DNA of 64,000 bases from Utricularia gibba. Its lineage: Eukaryota; Plantae; Magnoliophyta. Where the stretch lies: contig NEEC01000008.1 of assembly GCA_002189035.1 (NCBI GenBank), positions 2,790,001-2,854,000 on the forward strand. The letters are read 5' to 3'. Position 1 is the first letter of the stretch; every line of letters begins with the position of its first letter. Shown here in pieces: positions 63,016 through 64,000 of this stretch. A program made the translations under genes and the position numbers. The notes under the pieces were generated by a model, which was not told the DNA's origin, made no database searches, and saw nothing but the letters and a program-made list of their open reading frames with translations.

Positions 63016-63488
63016 ATGAACGTCCAGCAACCATCGGGGAAGTCAGTTTCATGGGACGGTCAAAGCCTCGTGCTATCCAGATCCTTCATGTGCAATTTCT
63101 GCAAAAGGGGCTTTTCCAATGCACAAGCCCTAGGAGGACACATGAACATTCATCGCAAGGATCGGGCCAAGCTCATCGAGTTTTCAGAAGGGAACCTTCT
63201 CTCGTTGGATCCAACGCCAAAGGTTATTGATTACGGTGAAGAGAGTGGGAAAGAAGGGTGTTGTGCTGATTCACCTGGGATGAGAAGCTGATCACGGTTG
63301 AAAGGGAAGCTGTGTGTTTGGAAGGGGAAGAGGCAGCCAAGAGGGTGAAGGTTTTAGGGTTCGGGAATGGGGATTTGGACCTTGAGCTTCGGCTGGGACC
63401 GCGGCTGCGGCAGAACCCGAAACTGCACGATTTCATGGGGTTGAATTCTGCTGGGACTGAAGCCCAAACAAGGTTTAGCAAGAGATAA
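63016..63488 (+). CDS. SUPERMAN/ZFP-like C2H2 zinc-finger protein; EAR motif separated by a 1-nt deletion near 63274
   Basis: [30 protein letters not shown]; this frame stops at 63291. DLDLELRLG (63372-63398) lies in the shifted frame, which is open from 63270 to 63488. Confidence 0.85.
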
Positions 63489-63557
63489 AGGAATGGAAAA
63501 CAGAAGGTTCACTTACTTTTCATCTCTGATCTCTCACTGAAGGCACATACATACGCT

Positions 63558-64000
63558 CTAGATCAGGTCAAAGTTCAAACCAGTTACTACACAATCTATT
63601 GGATGTGTCTGAAGTGGTGAAGAGTGAGGATTTGTAGTCAACAGTTGCTCTAAACTTGACAGCCTGCAGCCATCGTTTTTGGCACTTTGTTGTCCATTCG
63701 ACGCTCCAAGCGAATCTCCTTGTGCTTCTGACTTTCTTACCTTCATCACTCAAAAGCAGTAAATGGAAGCTTATGCTATGCAGCGTTTTCTGAGGGTTCT
63801 GTTACGTTATAATTCACTTCTGTTATGGAGACGAATCTAGCATTGAAACTACAGTAACAATTTTTCATGTTACTTTTATGGGAAACAGTGTCACCATGAA
63901 TATGTTGTAAGAATCCCTGAATGCAGCAGCACACGCCTGAACCAGACCTGGAGAGTGCAAGGACCGCAGTTACTCTTGATACTTCATTGTCACAGCACAA
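63558..64000 (-). CDS. Probable 3' part of a gene entering from beyond the window; product not recognised
   Basis: An open frame runs from the window edge to 63776 (VSRVTAVLALSRSGSGVCCCIQGFLQHIH) and a second coding-like stretch covers 63558-63753. No family was recognised. Confidence 0.3.

Noticed and set aside
1-64000. CRISPR arrays, rRNA, intact LTR/LINE/DNA transposons, prokaryotic operons, U12 introns
   Set aside because: None was seen: no repeat-spacer array, no RT or transposase motifs, and the introns I examined were GT-AG without the U12 ATCCTT signature.

Overview
This is eukaryotic nuclear DNA from a gene-dense flowering plant (eudicot-like), with short GT-AG introns, very AT-rich spacers and (TA)n microsatellites. 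It carries about 20 protein genes and one tRNA. In order: PLS-class PPR, FLA-like, BIO3-BIO1, TPD1-like, PYL4-like, PIG-V, DnaJ, symplekin/ESP4, HMGB, Lhcb4, GPAT6, COPT4-like, a LisH protein, pTAC13, a GTGVFLP-family unknown, EMB1513-like, NPF5, tRNA-Val(CAC), CASPL5 and two SUPERMAN-like C2H2-EAR genes. I found no rRNA, CRISPR array or intact transposon. Six genes (seven with a tentative case) each contain a single 1-nt indel at a short C/G run, including symplekin and Lhcb4. That pattern points to long-read assembly error rather than real pseudogenes and should temper every frameshift-dependent claim. The strongest leads are: an uncharacterised LisH protein whose N-terminus resembles animal NPAT (histone locus body scaffold), with many CDK sites and a cyclin-docking motif; a BIO3-BIO1 C-terminal extension ending in the PTS1-type tripeptide SKM; a same-strand tRNA 45 nt after the NPF5 stop; a perfect 26-bp hairpin after GPAT6; and degenerate-motif paralogs (PALGGH zinc finger, Met-less COPT, TPD1-like lacking a Cys pair). 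Family assignments come from my recall of motifs; no database search was run.
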